64,000 nucleotides of DNA from Candidatus Giovannonibacteria bacterium (GCA_016432405.1 CP066687.1:411040-475039), one strand, 5' to 3'. Shown: positions 1 through 9,776, numbered from the stretch's first letter. Numbers and translations: made by a program. Notes: generated from the sequence alone by a model not told the origin.

Positions 1-23
1 GCCGATTTCCTCCGAAAAATATT

Positions 24-374
24 TTATTGATAGACAAAGCTCGCGCTTTTGATAATTTCAAGGTTTTTGGGCTCTTCGTATCCTTGGGCAAAAAAATATT
101 CAAGATTCTTGCCGTAACTTGCCGCGACGAACGCGGTCTCGGTTTCCATGTTTTTCTGAAGCGCTTCGTCAGCCGCGGCAGAGAGCGCCGCCCTTTCTGC
201 GGTTTTTGAAACGACCGCGCCGGCAAGGTAAAGATGCACTGAAACAAATAAAATAAAAAGAGAAATCATGCTTTTTAAAATAAGCATTTTTTGTTTTAAA
301 GGCAAATCGGCGGCCTCTTTGCCCGCCGAGATATACGGCCTTGCGTATGAAAACGTTAAATGAAACACGCTCAT
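24..374 (-). CDS. FtsL-like small membrane protein (putative)
   Basis: Directly downstream of mraZ-rsmH, the usual ftsL position; one TM segment followed by a helical/coiled-coil region. Confidence 0.5.
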   Translation of the reverse strand: MSVFHLTFSYARPYISAGKEAADLPLKQKMLILKSMISLFILFVSVHLYLAGAVVSKTAERAALSAAADEALQKNMETETAFVAASYGKNLEYFFAQGYEEPKNLEIIKSASFVYQ

Positions 375-1234
375 ATTTTTTCTAAAACTCTTAATTTTGC
401 CGACCTCGCGCTTGAGTTGCGTCTTACTTCTTCATCTCCGGCAACAATCGGCTTTTTTGTTAAAATTTCGGCTCTCCCGTCGGCGCTCAATTTCTTGAAA
501 AAATTCTTCACAATGCGGTCCTCCAAAGAATGGTAGGATATTGCGGCGAGCCGCCCGCCCGGAAGCAAAATTTCAAATCCTTTCAGAAGCCCTTCCAAAA
601 GCGCGGCCAGCTCGTCGTTTACGGCTATGCGCAGCGCTTGGAAAACCCGCGCAAGTAACCTCTCTTTTCCTCTTATGTCATCTATCCCCAAAGCCGCCAA
701 AAAATCTCCTACCGAAAGCATCTTCCCTTTCTTTCTGGCCAAAACCAGTTTTTTCGCAATCAGCCGCGCCCTTGGCTCTTCCCCGAATTCTCTGAATATG
801 CGGGTGAGTTCGCGCTCGCTTGTCTGATTAACTATCTCCGCGGCGCTTTTCGCGCCGGCTCCCAAATTCATCAGCAGCGGCTCTTTAGACCTGCCAAAGG
901 AAAACCCGCGCCCGCTTTGCTCCAGATGCCACCGCGACATTCCCAAATCAAAGAGTATTGCTTTTGCTTTCCCGAAACCTTTTTGCTTGGCCAAAAGGTC
1001 AATGTTTCTGAAATTACCCAGCGCCGTCAGAAAATTTTTATTCTCGGGCATCAGTTTTATCATTGCTTCGTCCTGGTCTATGCCCAAAATAATTCCCTCG
1101 CCGCCGACAAGCCCCAGCATCATCTTTGCGTGCCCGCCGCCGTCCATTGTCGCGTCAATCGCTTTATCGCCCTTCCCTAGATTTAAAAGAGCTTTTAACT
1201 CTTCCGTCAGAACCGGGGTGTGAATCGCCTCCAT
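371..1234 (-). CDS. rsmH: 16S rRNA m4C1402 methyltransferase RsmH
   Basis: HTPVL, DATMDGGGHA, DLGMS, FQALRIAVNDEL, ISYHSLEDRIVK, RSAKLR motifs. Confidence 0.97.
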   Translation of the reverse strand: MEAIHTPVLTEELKALLNLGKGDKAIDATMDGGGHAKMMLGLVGGEGIILGIDQDEAMIKLMPENKNFLTALGNFRNIDLLAKQKGFGKAKAILFDLGMSRWHLEQSGRGFSFGRSKEPLLMNLGAGAKSAAEIVNQTSERELTRIFREFGEEPRARLIAKKLVLARKKGKMLSVGDFLAALGIDDIRGKERLLARVFQALRIAVNDELAALLEGLLKGFEILLPGGRLAAISYHSLEDRIVKNFFKKLSADGRAEILTKKPIVAGDEEVRRNSSARSAKLRVLEKI

Positions 1235-1236
1235 TT

Positions 1237-1671
1237 TCAGTAAAGTCCGCTCTCTCCTAATTTCTCCGCTATCGCCTCAACGCTGTCCCGCGAAAGCTCG
1301 CTGTAGTTCGCCCACAAATCCGGATTCCAAATCTCCACTCTGCTGTAAAGTCCGACAACAACTGCCGCCTCCGCCAATTTCGCGTAGACCTTGAGATAGT
1401 CGGGAATTAAAATTCTCCCCAAAGAATCTATTTCAGCGTCAGCGGCTCCCGCTATCATTGTGCGCACAAAGCTGCGGTTCTCGGCTTTGCCCCAAGGGAG
1501 TTTGGCGAGCTTTTCGGCAAGCTCTTTCCATTCACCCAATGGATATAAAAACAGGCACCTATCCAGCCCTCGCGTCAGCACCAGCCGGGTTCCCAAATCC
1601 TTGCGGAATTTTGAAGGTACTGAAATGCGGTTTTTCTGGTCTATTGTGTGTAAATATTCGCCTATTAGCAT
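1237..1671 (-). CDS. mraZ: Transcriptional regulator MraZ
   Basis: GEYLHTIDQKNRISVP and DSLGRILIP motifs; upstream of rsmH. Confidence 0.97.
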   Translation of the reverse strand: MLIGEYLHTIDQKNRISVPSKFRKDLGTRLVLTRGLDRCLFLYPLGEWKELAEKLAKLPWGKAENRSFVRTMIAGAADAEIDSLGRILIPDYLKVYAKLAEAAVVVGLYSRVEIWNPDLWANYSELSRDSVEAIAEKLGESGLY

Positions 1672-1680
1672 GGTGTTATA

Positions 1681-1742
1681 AGCTCCGACGCTCTGGTCGG
1701 AGCTCCGACTTCTTGAATCTAATTTTTAATGGTGCGTCGGAG
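1681..1742. repeat. CCGAC/GTCGG double-hairpin element (family also at 22790, 23093, 30280, 32034)
   Basis: agctccgac-gctctg-gtcggagct followed by ctccgac...gtcggag. Confidence 0.8.
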
Positions 1743-1781
1743 TTATCCACATTATCCACAGATTTATCCACATTTTCCCAC
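1743..1781. promoter_or_regulatory. Three perfect TTATCCACA boxes (DnaA-box consensus / possible MraZ operator) upstream of mraZ
   Basis: TTATCCACA at 1743, 1752 and 1764 plus degenerate TTTTCCCAC at 1773; TTATTCACA at 1870. Confidence 0.7.
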
Positions 1782-1821
1782 TTCATATTCATTCTAACCC
1801 ACACTAGCTCAATTAGGCAAC

Positions 1822-1847
1822 AAAAAAATGTCCCACTGTGTGGGACA
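1822..1847 (-). terminator. Intrinsic terminator after greA-lysS
   Basis: tgtcccac-tgt-gtgggaca hairpin followed by T7 on the minus strand. Confidence 0.7.
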
Positions 1848-1895
1848 AAATAAAGCTAAATCTACTTATTTATTCACAGCTTGTCCCCAAATATA

Positions 1896-3419
1896 TCATT
1901 TCGGCTTCATTGTGGGGAAAATGATAACTTCCTTAATATTGTGCGTATTCGTTAAAAGCATGGCCAGACGGTCTATGCTTACGGCAAGTCCCGCGGCCGG
2001 GGGCATGCCGTATTCAAGCATTTCTATAAACTCCTCGTCCATCGGATGGGCCTCTTTGTTTTCCGCGGCTCTTAATTTCTCCTGCGCCTCCAGGCGCCTC
2101 CTTTGCTCTTCCGGGTCGTTAAGTTCGGAAAAGCCATTGGCAAGTTCCAGGCCGCCAACAATAAGCTGAAAACGGTCAACAATCTTCGGGTTGCCGGAAA
2201 TACCCGCCTTGCCGTCGGGCAGGTTTTTCGCCAAAGGAGACATTTCTATCGGGTAGTCCACGACATAGACCGGATTTGTCATCTTGGGGCGGCAGATTTT
2301 TTTGAAAATCTCATCCGATATTTTTTCTTTTGTTTCCCATCCTTCGGAATTTATGCCGAATTGTTTCGCGCGTAAAGCCAAATCCTCGCGGTTCAACTTT
2401 TCGGCTCCGGGAAGCAGGGCGTACCTTTCAAGCGTCTGCCAGAATTTTATCGTAGGTACTTTTTTTGGAAATTTGAGCGCCTTCCCTTCAAATTTAAACA
2501 CCGGCGCGCCCAAAACGCTTTTAATCAGCTTCTCCAAGGTCTCGGAAATAAAATCCCTAAGGTATGCCGCGTCTTTGTAAGCGGCGTAAAGCTCTACGGT
2601 GGTAAATTCAGGATTATGGGTCGCGTCCAAGCCCTCGTTCCTGAAGTTTTTTCCAATTTCGTAAATTTTATTAAATCCCGCCGCGAGCAATCTTTTTAAA
2701 TAAAGCTCCGGGGCGATTCTTAAATACATATCCATCTCCAGCATGCGATGGCGCGTCTTAAACGGCTCTGCCAGCGCCCCGCCGTATATCGGTTGGAGTA
2801 TCGGGGTTTCCACTTCTATATAATTTTCCTTGTCTAAAATATTCCGCAAATTTCGTACGATGCCGGATCGGAGTAAAAAACGCTCCATCACCTCCGGATT
2901 CATCAAAACGTCCAGATACCTTTTGCGGAACCGCTCCTCAATATCCTGAAGCCCGTGCCATTTCTCCGGCAGCGGAAGAAATGATTTTGCCAGCATCTGC
3001 CAGCGCGCGGCTTCAATGGTCGGCTCGCGCTTTTTGGTGTAAAAAGGCCTGCCGCAGACCGCGACGAAATCGCCAACGTCGGCCGCATCCGCAAATAATT
3101 TATATGGCTCGGCGCCTACTTTATCTTCTCCCATGAAAATCTGAATCCTCCCGCCTGCGGCGAGTCCGCCAGCTGGCGGATTAGAACCATCAAAAATATC
3201 AAAAAAAACGGCTCCGCCGTGCCCGCGCTTGGCCATAATTCTCCCGGCAGCGCACACGGATTTTTTTGCCGCGGCCCGCTTCTTAAAATTTTTTTTCACG
3301 GCGCTTATTTCCGTAAGCGCGAACGGCGCGGCGGCGGGATAAGGGTCAATCCCAAATGAGCGCAAAATGCCGGTTTTCCTGACGCGATGTTTTCTTATTT
3401 CTTCTCCCGAAGAAGACAT
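1896..3419 (-). CDS. lysS: Lysine--tRNA ligase (class II)
   Basis: LPEKWHGL, EVETPIL, LRIAPELYLKRL, FRNEG, HNPEFT, ELANGFSELNDP, YGMPPAAG; two in-frame palindromic inserts. Confidence 0.98.
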   Translation of the reverse strand: MSSSGEEIRKHRVRKTGILRSFGIDPYPAAAPFALTEISAVKKNFKKRAAAKKSVCAAGRIMAKRGHGGAVFFDIFDGSNPPAGGLAAGGRIQIFMGEDKVGAEPYKLFADAADVGDFVAVCGRPFYTKKREPTIEAARWQMLAKSFLPLPEKWHGLQDIEERFRKRYLDVLMNPEVMERFLLRSGIVRNLRNILDKENYIEVETPILQPIYGGALAEPFKTRHRMLEMDMYLRIAPELYLKRLLAAGFNKIYEIGKNFRNEGLDATHNPEFTTVELYAAYKDAAYLRDFISETLEKLIKSVLGAPVFKFEGKALKFPKKVPTIKFWQTLERYALLPGAEKLNREDLALRAKQFGINSEGWETKEKISDEIFKKICRPKMTNPVYVVDYPIEMSPLAKNLPDGKAGISGNPKIVDRFQLIVGGLELANGFSELNDPEEQRRRLEAQEKLRAAENKEAHPMDEEFIEMLEYGMPPAAGLAVSIDRLAMLLTNTHNIKEVIIFPTMKPK

Positions 3420-3422
3420 ATT

Positions 3423-3893
3423 TTAAATTATATCAACGATTTTATACAAAACCGCGCCCTTTGGCGTTTGAGCCGAAACGGAATCGTATTTTTTACGTCC
3501 CAAGAGCGCCTTGCCCAGCGGGGATTCGTTTGAAATCTTGTTCTCGGCGGGAGAGGCCTCGTTTGAACCAACGATGGTGAAGGTGAGCCGCTGGCCGGAA
3601 GGGTCTTCAACCGTGATTTTTGACCCTATGTTCGCGGCGCCTCCTTTGGCGCCGCCTTCAACTACTATGGCCCGGCGGAGCATATCTTCCAGCTCTGCTA
3701 TTTTGGCCTCGTTTAATATCTGCGACTCTTTCGCCTCCTGATATTCCGAGTTTTCCGACAAATCACCCAAGCTCTTCGCAAACTCAAGCCGGTCGGCTAT
3801 TTCCTTCCGTTTTTTGGTCTTAAGCGCTTCAAGTTCTTTTTTAAGCTTTGCCAGACCTTCTTTTGAAAAATAAGCTGAATCTAGATCGTTCAT
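3423..3893 (-). CDS. greA: Transcription elongation factor GreA
   Basis: GDLSENSEY, ISNESPLGKALLG. Confidence 0.97.
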   Translation of the reverse strand: MNDLDSAYFSKEGLAKLKKELEALKTKKRKEIADRLEFAKSLGDLSENSEYQEAKESQILNEAKIAELEDMLRRAIVVEGGAKGGAANIGSKITVEDPSGQRLTFTIVGSNEASPAENKISNESPLGKALLGRKKYDSVSAQTPKGAVLYKIVDII

Positions 3894-3990
3894 AATTTAA
3901 TTTGTCTATTTGGGGAGTATATCATTATTACAAATTTATACCAATGGGGATATTATTGAAGCATTTAAGCAATAAGAATTCCCAAAAACT

Positions 3991-4110
3991 GAATTATAAA
4001 TCTGAGCGCTATCGCATTCAAACTTAGAATTCCAAATTTGCAATTTTCACGCTATAGCAAGTAAATTGCAAATTCAAAATTATACATACTTTTACGATCG
4101 TGAGAGAATG
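3991..4110. repeat. Three tandem imperfect hairpins with CGATCG-like cores
   Basis: Cores ctatcg, ctatag (12-bp arms aatttgcaattt/aaattgcaaatt, 4035-4074) and cgatcg (4085-4110). Confidence 0.55.
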
Positions 4111-4130
4111 AACAAAAATGACAAAACAAA

Positions 4131-4171
4131 AAGGCCCCTGGTACAATAACCAGACAGGGCCTTTCTTTTTT
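4131..4171. terminator. Probable terminator of the 4201-4785 orphan gene
   Basis: aggcccctg...cagggcct stem with A-rich and T-rich flanks. Confidence 0.55.
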
Positions 4172-4200
4172 GTTGATTTTGCGGAGGAGCGGACGAATCG

Positions 4201-4785
4201 TCACAGAACAGCTGGGAATTTCGGGAGGCGACTGCCTGGCATATCAACATTGAAACCAGCGATGAGAAAATGGATGAAGTCAGTCCACTGGCATCTGTAT
4301 AACCTGTTTCCTTTCTGAAGGACTTTCATTTCCTCCAGAAGTAGGGAGATGCGTCGAAGGATGATGGGTACCACCCTACTTTTCTTGTCAAGCTCCTTCT
4401 TAAAATTCGTTGTTCTGCCATCTTCCCACTCCCACATTACACCGTCGTAAGCTTGTCTTAAGCGGCTCATTACTTCATTCTCACTAAGACCAAGCTTATG
4501 GCCGTTGAAGAGTGCCACTGCGACACAGACGGGGAGTGGCATAAGAGGCAACGAGCCAGAATCGGAATCCTGGCCAACAACTATAGCCAGCAATTCCGTA
4601 TTGTCAGGAGCTTTCCCGAGCCACGTTTCAATCTCTTTCAAACTTTCCCGATCCTCGTGCATAGAAACATTCAAGACAACATTTGTCCTCGGCTCCTCTT
4701 CCATTTCTCCAACGGGAATGAGAAACGCTAAGAATGTACGGAGCCTTCTTAGTTGTTCTCTGAGCGATTTATTAACATTTTCCAT
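4201..4785 (-). CDS. Hypothetical orphan protein
   Basis: 194-aa ORF with AAGGAG SD, consensus promoter and terminator. Confidence 0.65.
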   Translation of the reverse strand: MENVNKSLREQLRRLRTFLAFLIPVGEMEEEPRTNVVLNVSMHEDRESLKEIETWLGKAPDNTELLAIVVGQDSDSGSLPLMPLPVCVAVALFNGHKLGLSENEVMSRLRQAYDGVMWEWEDGRTTNFKKELDKKSRVVPIILRRISLLLEEMKVLQKGNRLYRCQWTDFIHFLIAGFNVDMPGSRLPKFPAVL

Positions 4786-4829
4786 TATTAAGCTCCTTTT
4801 TGTGAATGGGCTACTTTGGCTAGCCTGCC

Positions 4830-6530
4830 CTATTCTCTGCCCCCATTATACTCCCAAAAAAGCTGTTTGTCAATAGTATCTAAAAAACCCGTGTCCGCCG
4901 CCCACCGGAAAACTTCCGAAGCGACGTATGTCGCGCCAATCGTGTTTTGCCGCGGCCCAGATTCAAGCAATATCGCAAATGCCAGCCGCGGAGCGCCTGC
5001 CGGCAAAAACCCTATTGACCATGAATTCACCCTGTCTTTTTGGCCAAGCTCCGCAGTGCCCGTTTTGGCCGCGATCTCCAGCGGAATGCCGCCGAGCCCG
5101 GCCGCCGTGCCGCGGAGCGCCGACGCCCTCATCCCGTCTTGGATAACTCTAAAAATTTCCGGCGGCAGCGCCAATTTTTCTTTCTGGGGGTAGCTAAAAA
5201 CCTGAACCGGTTTTTTGTTTTGGTCTAAAACCGCGGTAACTAAATGGGGATAAACAATTGCCCCTTCCCCCGCTATGGCCGATGCGTAAACTGCTGCCTC
5301 AATCGGCGTTATGGAAATATTCCCCTGGCCGATGGAGATGTGATAAGTGTCGCCCACGGTCCAATCTCTCCCGCCTTGTTTTTCCAACGGGTCCGGCAGG
5401 TGCCCGGACGCCTCCCCCGGCAAATCAATTCCGCTTTTTGAATCCATCCCGAACATGGATAAATATTTTTTTATGTTCCACGGCCCGAGGCCTTTCCGGC
5501 CCTGGTATCCTCCGCCGATTTCATAAAAATAAACGTCGCTGGACTGGGCAAGTGCTTGGCGCATATCAACCCATCCATGGGCTTTCCAATCCAAAAATAT
5601 ATTTGGCCGCGACGGGTCGTAGGGATTCGGCAAGCTTATGCTCCCGGTGCTTAAAATTTTTTCCTCCGGAGTTATAATATTTTCAAAAAGCGCGCCGGCC
5701 GCCAGCGCCGGCTTGACTATTGACCCCGGAGCGTAAAGCCCGGAGACGGCCCTGTTTAAAAACGGCTTGCCGGCGTCGCCAAGAATCCTGTTTACCTCCT
5801 CCGGTTTGTTTCTGCCTGCGAGCAGATTGGGGTCAAATTCCGGCGCGCTTACAAGGGCAAGAATTTCGCCGCTTCGCGCGTCCATAATCACTCCGGCTCC
5901 GCCCCGAAATCCTCTGGAGCGCATTGTCTCGTCCAGCGCCTCCGCAAGCTTTTGCTGAAGGTCGTAAGAGATGCTTGTTAAAATATTTTCGCCCGGCTTG
6001 CCTTTCTCCAAAATCCCTTCGCCAATCACGTTTCCTTTCGCGTCAACTTCCTCAATTCCTTTGGCGGGCTCTCCCCGGAGCACTTCGTCGTAAGACGATT
6101 CAAGCCCGCTCGCTCCATAAGCAAGTTCACCCTGCTCTTTGCCGGAATAACTTAAAAAACCCAAAACGTGCAGAAATCCGCGCGGCGGATATTTTCTCAC
6201 GCCGCCGGAGACGGCGGTTTCGTTGTAGGCAAGAGGGCGCATATCCCTGTCGTAAATTATCCCCCGCTCAACGCGTTGGCTCACCGCTCTCAAAAAATTT
6301 TTCTCCGCGCGCGCGAGAAACGCCTCCCCGTTTACGATTTGAAGAAAATAAGCGCGCGAACCAAAAAACAAAAACGTCGCGGCGATAACTGCGGCCAAAA
6401 ACCAGAACATTTCCTTCTTTACCGGATTTTCTATCATGCCCTCAAGATTTTCCTTGCGGAAACCGGGCGAGTTTTTTTGGTCCAGAAAAATCTCGTCTAT
6501 TTCTATTTCTCTTTTATCCTTCCGCGCCAT
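4830..6530 (-). CDS. mrdA: Penicillin-binding protein 2 (MrdA-like)
   Basis: RGIIYDR, PGSIVK (SxxK), SSD (SxD), KTGTA; in mreBCD operon. Confidence 0.9.
   Translation of the reverse strand: MARKDKREIEIDEIFLDQKNSPGFRKENLEGMIENPVKKEMFWFLAAVIAATFLFFGSRAYFLQIVNGEAFLARAEKNFLRAVSQRVERGIIYDRDMRPLAYNETAVSGGVRKYPPRGFLHVLGFLSYSGKEQGELAYGASGLESSYDEVLRGEPAKGIEEVDAKGNVIGEGILEKGKPGENILTSISYDLQQKLAEALDETMRSRGFRGGAGVIMDARSGEILALVSAPEFDPNLLAGRNKPEEVNRILGDAGKPFLNRAVSGLYAPGSIVKPALAAGALFENIITPEEKILSTGSISLPNPYDPSRPNIFLDWKAHGWVDMRQALAQSSDVYFYEIGGGYQGRKGLGPWNIKKYLSMFGMDSKSGIDLPGEASGHLPDPLEKQGGRDWTVGDTYHISIGQGNISITPIEAAVYASAIAGEGAIVYPHLVTAVLDQNKKPVQVFSYPQKEKLALPPEIFRVIQDGMRASALRGTAAGLGGIPLEIAAKTGTAELGQKDRVNSWSIGFLPAGAPRLAFAILLESGPRQNTIGATYVASEVFRWAADTGFLDTIDKQLFWEYNGGRE
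4845..4873 (-). promoter_or_regulatory. Perfect sigma70 promoter TTGACA-17-TATAAT
   Basis: Plus-strand attata 4845-4850 and tgtcaa 4868-4873, 17-nt spacer, inside the 3' end of the PBP2 gene. Confidence 0.8.
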
Positions 6531-6822
6531 AAAATATGCCCGCAATGATTAAGAAGGGCGATAAGTAAGCGGCGATGTGAGTCAGCGCCTTGGCGGACGG
6601 CAAAACGCCGCCGCCCAAAAAAATCGTTAAAAACAACATAAGCGCGGCCCCTGAAATCCAGGCGACGGCCAGATTCGCAAGCCTGGTTGTAAAAGGAAGC
6701 GCGCTCAGCAAAGCCGCGGCGACCATTAAAGGAACCAAATAAAATCCAAAAGGGCCCGCCCCAAAACTTTCAAACACAATACCGTATAAAAACGCCGAAA
6801 TTAAAATCTTATAATCAATCAT
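6514..6822 (-). CDS. MreD-like membrane protein
   Basis: Hydrophobic 102-aa ORF between mreC and PBP2. Confidence 0.55.
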   Translation of the reverse strand: MIDYKILISAFLYGIVFESFGAGPFGFYLVPLMVAAALLSALPFTTRLANLAVAWISGAALMLFLTIFLGGGVLPSAKALTHIAAYLSPFLIIAGIFYGAEG

Positions 6823-7508
6823 TTTTTCAAAATCACCCTGACTTCGTAAAGCTCGCCCGGGTAAAATGGCGTTCTTATGAAAACTTTTTTTAACTGGCTC
6901 CCCTCTTCAACCGCGATTTTATCCACAAGCCCGGCTATGTAGTCAGGCAAATCCGAAAAGCGCGCCGCATCCCCGACTTTAACGTCCGCGCCGGCCGGAA
7001 GTTCTGCGACAAACTCGCCTCCCCCTCGCCCCCTTGCCTCCACCGGAGAGCCGGGCTCCTTGCCCAAGCGCAGCGCCGCCTCCTCGCCAATTCTGCCGGA
7101 AAGCAAAACCTTGCTCCTGCCGTTTAAGCTTTCGGAAACCCTTCCAACCAAAACGCCGCCTTCTGAAATTACCGGATCTCCCGGCTCCACCCCCGCATCA
7201 TTCCCAATGTTAACGAAAACCGCGTCCATAAAAAAATATCCGCCGCCAAAGATAACTTTTGCGGGGAGAGAGCGCGGCGCCCGCAGGCCCAGAGAGTTTT
7301 TCAAAAGCCCGTTTTCGCGCTCAAGGTCCGCTATTCTCAAAAGCAGGGCGAGGTCTTGGCGGCTTGTGCGCAGCCCTTCCGACTCCGGAGCGAAAAATAA
7401 AACAGCTCTCGCAGTAATATTTTTCAAAAACACCTTTGGTGCGTTAAAAAAAAGAAGCGTAATTATCGCCGCCAATAAAATAATTTTTTTATTTCGGCGG
7501 AATGTCAT
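6819..7508 (-). CDS. mreC: Rod shape-determining protein MreC
   Basis: TM segment, LERENGLLK coiled coil, VNIGNDAGVEPGDPV, GVLVGRV; follows mreB; start uncertain. Confidence 0.85.
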   Translation of the reverse strand: MTFRRNKKIILLAAIITLLFFNAPKVFLKNITARAVLFFAPESEGLRTSRQDLALLLRIADLERENGLLKNSLGLRAPRSLPAKVIFGGGYFFMDAVFVNIGNDAGVEPGDPVISEGGVLVGRVSESLNGRSKVLLSGRIGEEAALRLGKEPGSPVEARGRGGGEFVAELPAGADVKVGDAARFSDLPDYIAGLVDKIAVEEGSQLKKVFIRTPFYPGELYEVRVILKK

Positions 7509-8541
7509 AGTCGTCTTCAATAAAAACTTCGCGGAGTCCCTCCAAATCCTCCAAAATTATGCCGGTGCCGCGGACGACCGCCGTGAGCGGGTCTTCCATC
7601 AGATAAACCGGCATTTTTGTCTCCCTTTCCAAGAGCCGGTCCAGGCCTCTTATCAATCCTCCTCCGCCCACAAGCAATATCCCGCGGTGCATAATGTCCG
7701 CCACAAGTTCCGGAGGGGTGTCTTCAATGGTCGCTTTCACCGCCTCAACGATTGTCTTAGTTGATTTTGAGAGAGCCGCCCGCACGTCGCTGTCCGTAAT
7801 CAAAACTTCTCTCGGCAAACCGGTGACCAAATCCCGGCCGCGCAAAGTCCCCTCCAAAACCTCATTTGTTTTCCAAACGGAGCCGATTGAAATTTTAACA
7901 TCCTCCGCGGTGCGCTCGCCGATAAGAAGCTTAAATTCGTCCCTGGCGTAATTGGCAATATCTTCGTTGAATCTGTCTCCGGCAATGCGTAGATTGCGCG
8001 AAGCGACTATCCCCCCAAGCGAAATTACCGCTATATCCGTGGTCCCTCCGCCCAAATCTATAACCATGCTTCCGACCGCTTCTTGTATGGGCAGGCGCGC
8101 GCCGATGGCGGCGGCCATCGGCTCTTCCACCAAATAAACTTCCCTCGCGCCGGCGCTGTGAGCCGCGTCTCTCACGGCTCTTCGCTCAACCTCTGTAATG
8201 CTTGAAGGAATGCCGATGACGACTCTGGGCCTCGCGAAAAGCTGAGAAGTCGCGCTATGCACGCTTTTTATAAAATAAGTAAGCATCTCCGCCGTCACCT
8301 CAAAATCAGAAATCACGCCCTCCACCAAAGGGCGCATGGCCACGATATGCCCCGGCGTGCGGCCGACCATTTTCTTCGCCTCGTTGCCGATAGCCACCAC
8401 CTGCCCGGTTTTTTGGTTAAGCGCGACGACGGACGGCTCGTTTATCACAATCCCTTCGCCTTTTACATAAACCAGGGTGTTGGCCGTGCCTAAATCAATC
8501 CCCAGGTCTTTTGAAAATGCTCCGAAAATTTTATTAAACAT
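7489..8541 (-). CDS. mreB: Rod shape-determining protein MreB
   Basis: GIDLGTANT, EPSVVA, DLGGGTTD, TPPEL. Confidence 0.97.
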   Translation of the reverse strand: MFNKIFGAFSKDLGIDLGTANTLVYVKGEGIVINEPSVVALNQKTGQVVAIGNEAKKMVGRTPGHIVAMRPLVEGVISDFEVTAEMLTYFIKSVHSATSQLFARPRVVIGIPSSITEVERRAVRDAAHSAGAREVYLVEEPMAAAIGARLPIQEAVGSMVIDLGGGTTDIAVISLGGIVASRNLRIAGDRFNEDIANYARDEFKLLIGERTAEDVKISIGSVWKTNEVLEGTLRGRDLVTGLPREVLITDSDVRAALSKSTKTIVEAVKATIEDTPPELVADIMHRGILLVGGGGLIRGLDRLLERETKMPVYLMEDPLTAVVRGTGIILEDLEGLREVFIEDDYDIPPK

Positions 8542-8552
8542 GACACTACGAA

Positions 8553-9776
8553 TTACGAATTTTTACTAATATACGAATAAAGATTGGAAGTTTTAATGAG
8601 TTCAATTTTGTTTGAATCACGCTTTTTAATTTCCACCGAGCCGTTTTTCATCGTCCGGGCGCTTAAAACAACCCTTACTGGCGCGCCGATGAGGTCGGCG
8701 TCAACAAATTTTTCTCCGGCAGTCGCGCCTCGGCGGTCATCATATAACACTTCCCTCCCCTCCGCAACCATCCTGGAGTAAATTTTTGAGGCGTCTTTAT
8801 CCAACTCTATTAAATGTATCTGGAACGGCGCGATTTCCTTAGGCCAAATTATTCCGCGCTCATCGTGCCCCGCCTCCACCGCCGCCCCCATTACGCGCGT
8901 CGTGCCCAACCCGTAGCATCCGGCTGAAACCAGTCGTTCTTTTCCTTTGGCGTCTTTGAACTTCAAACCGAAATCCTCGGCGAATTTTTCTTTTAACGGG
9001 AAAATATTGCCCGCTTCTATTGTTTTAATTTCTTCCGTTCTCCCGCCGCACTTTCGGCATTTTTCGCCGCCGGCGGCGATTTCTTTATTTCGCGCGAAAC
9101 CGCACTTTCGGCATAAGAACAAAATGTCTTCTCCGGCGGCCGAAGCAACCTGAAACTCCAGCGAAAGCTCCGAAAAAGTTCCGCCGGACGCCTCCGCCAC
9201 TATCACCTTAAGCCCAAGCCGCCGGAAAGTTTTGAGATATGCCCTTTTCATCTCTTCATAAAACTTGTCGCGCTCTTTATCGCCCGCGTGAAAGCTGTAA
9301 AAATCCTTCATCCGAAATTCGCGCGAGCGCAAAAGTCCGGCTTTTGCCCTTTTTTCGTCCCTGAACTTCGTCTGAATCTGATAAGCCTTAATTGGCAGGT
9401 CTTTATACGAGCTTAAAAAACGCTTAAGCAACGGATAAATTATTTCTTCATGCGTCGGGCCCAAAGCATACCTGCCGCCAAAACGGCTTTCGGTTTTAAA
9501 AAGCGCGTCAAACTTATTCCATCTGCCTGTCGCCTCCCAATTTTCGGCGGGATGCAGCGCAGGCATCAAAATTTCTGCGCCGCCGATTCTGTTCATTTCC
9601 TCCCGGACGATATTTTCTATCTTATTTAAAACCCGGAGCCCCAAGGGCAAAAAGGTATAAACCCCAGCCGCTTCTTTTTTGATAAACCCGCCCTGCTCCA
9701 AAAAAATGGCGTTTGCGCTCTCCTCGTCCTTTGGCGGAGTCCTCCGGGTTTTAGTAAATAATTCCGAAAGCCGCAT
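8553..9776 (-). CDS. proS: Proline--tRNA ligase (short form lacking the editing domain)
   Basis: LGPTHEE, YQIQTKFRDE, GLLRSREF, GCYGLG, DDR anticodon domain. Confidence 0.95.
   Translation of the reverse strand: MRLSELFTKTRRTPPKDEESANAIFLEQGGFIKKEAAGVYTFLPLGLRVLNKIENIVREEMNRIGGAEILMPALHPAENWEATGRWNKFDALFKTESRFGGRYALGPTHEEIIYPLLKRFLSSYKDLPIKAYQIQTKFRDEKRAKAGLLRSREFRMKDFYSFHAGDKERDKFYEEMKRAYLKTFRRLGLKVIVAEASGGTFSELSLEFQVASAAGEDILFLCRKCGFARNKEIAAGGEKCRKCGGRTEEIKTIEAGNIFPLKEKFAEDFGLKFKDAKGKERLVSAGCYGLGTTRVMGAAVEAGHDERGIIWPKEIAPFQIHLIELDKDASKIYSRMVAEGREVLYDDRRGATAGEKFVDADLIGAPVRVVLSARTMKNGSVEIKKRDSNKIELIKTSNLYSYISKNS

Noticed and set aside
1743-1889. oriC call
   Set aside because: No dnaA/dnaN nearby, no clear unwinding element, and gene orientation does not switch here.
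7060-7764. Numerous long plus-strand ORFs antisense to core genes
   Set aside because: Shadow ORFs of well-supported minus-strand genes with no recognisable motifs.
9064-9079. Perfect 16-nt palindrome tcgccgccggcggcga in proS
   Set aside because: Single GC-rich copy with no clear indel; may be chance, so it was not counted among the inserts.
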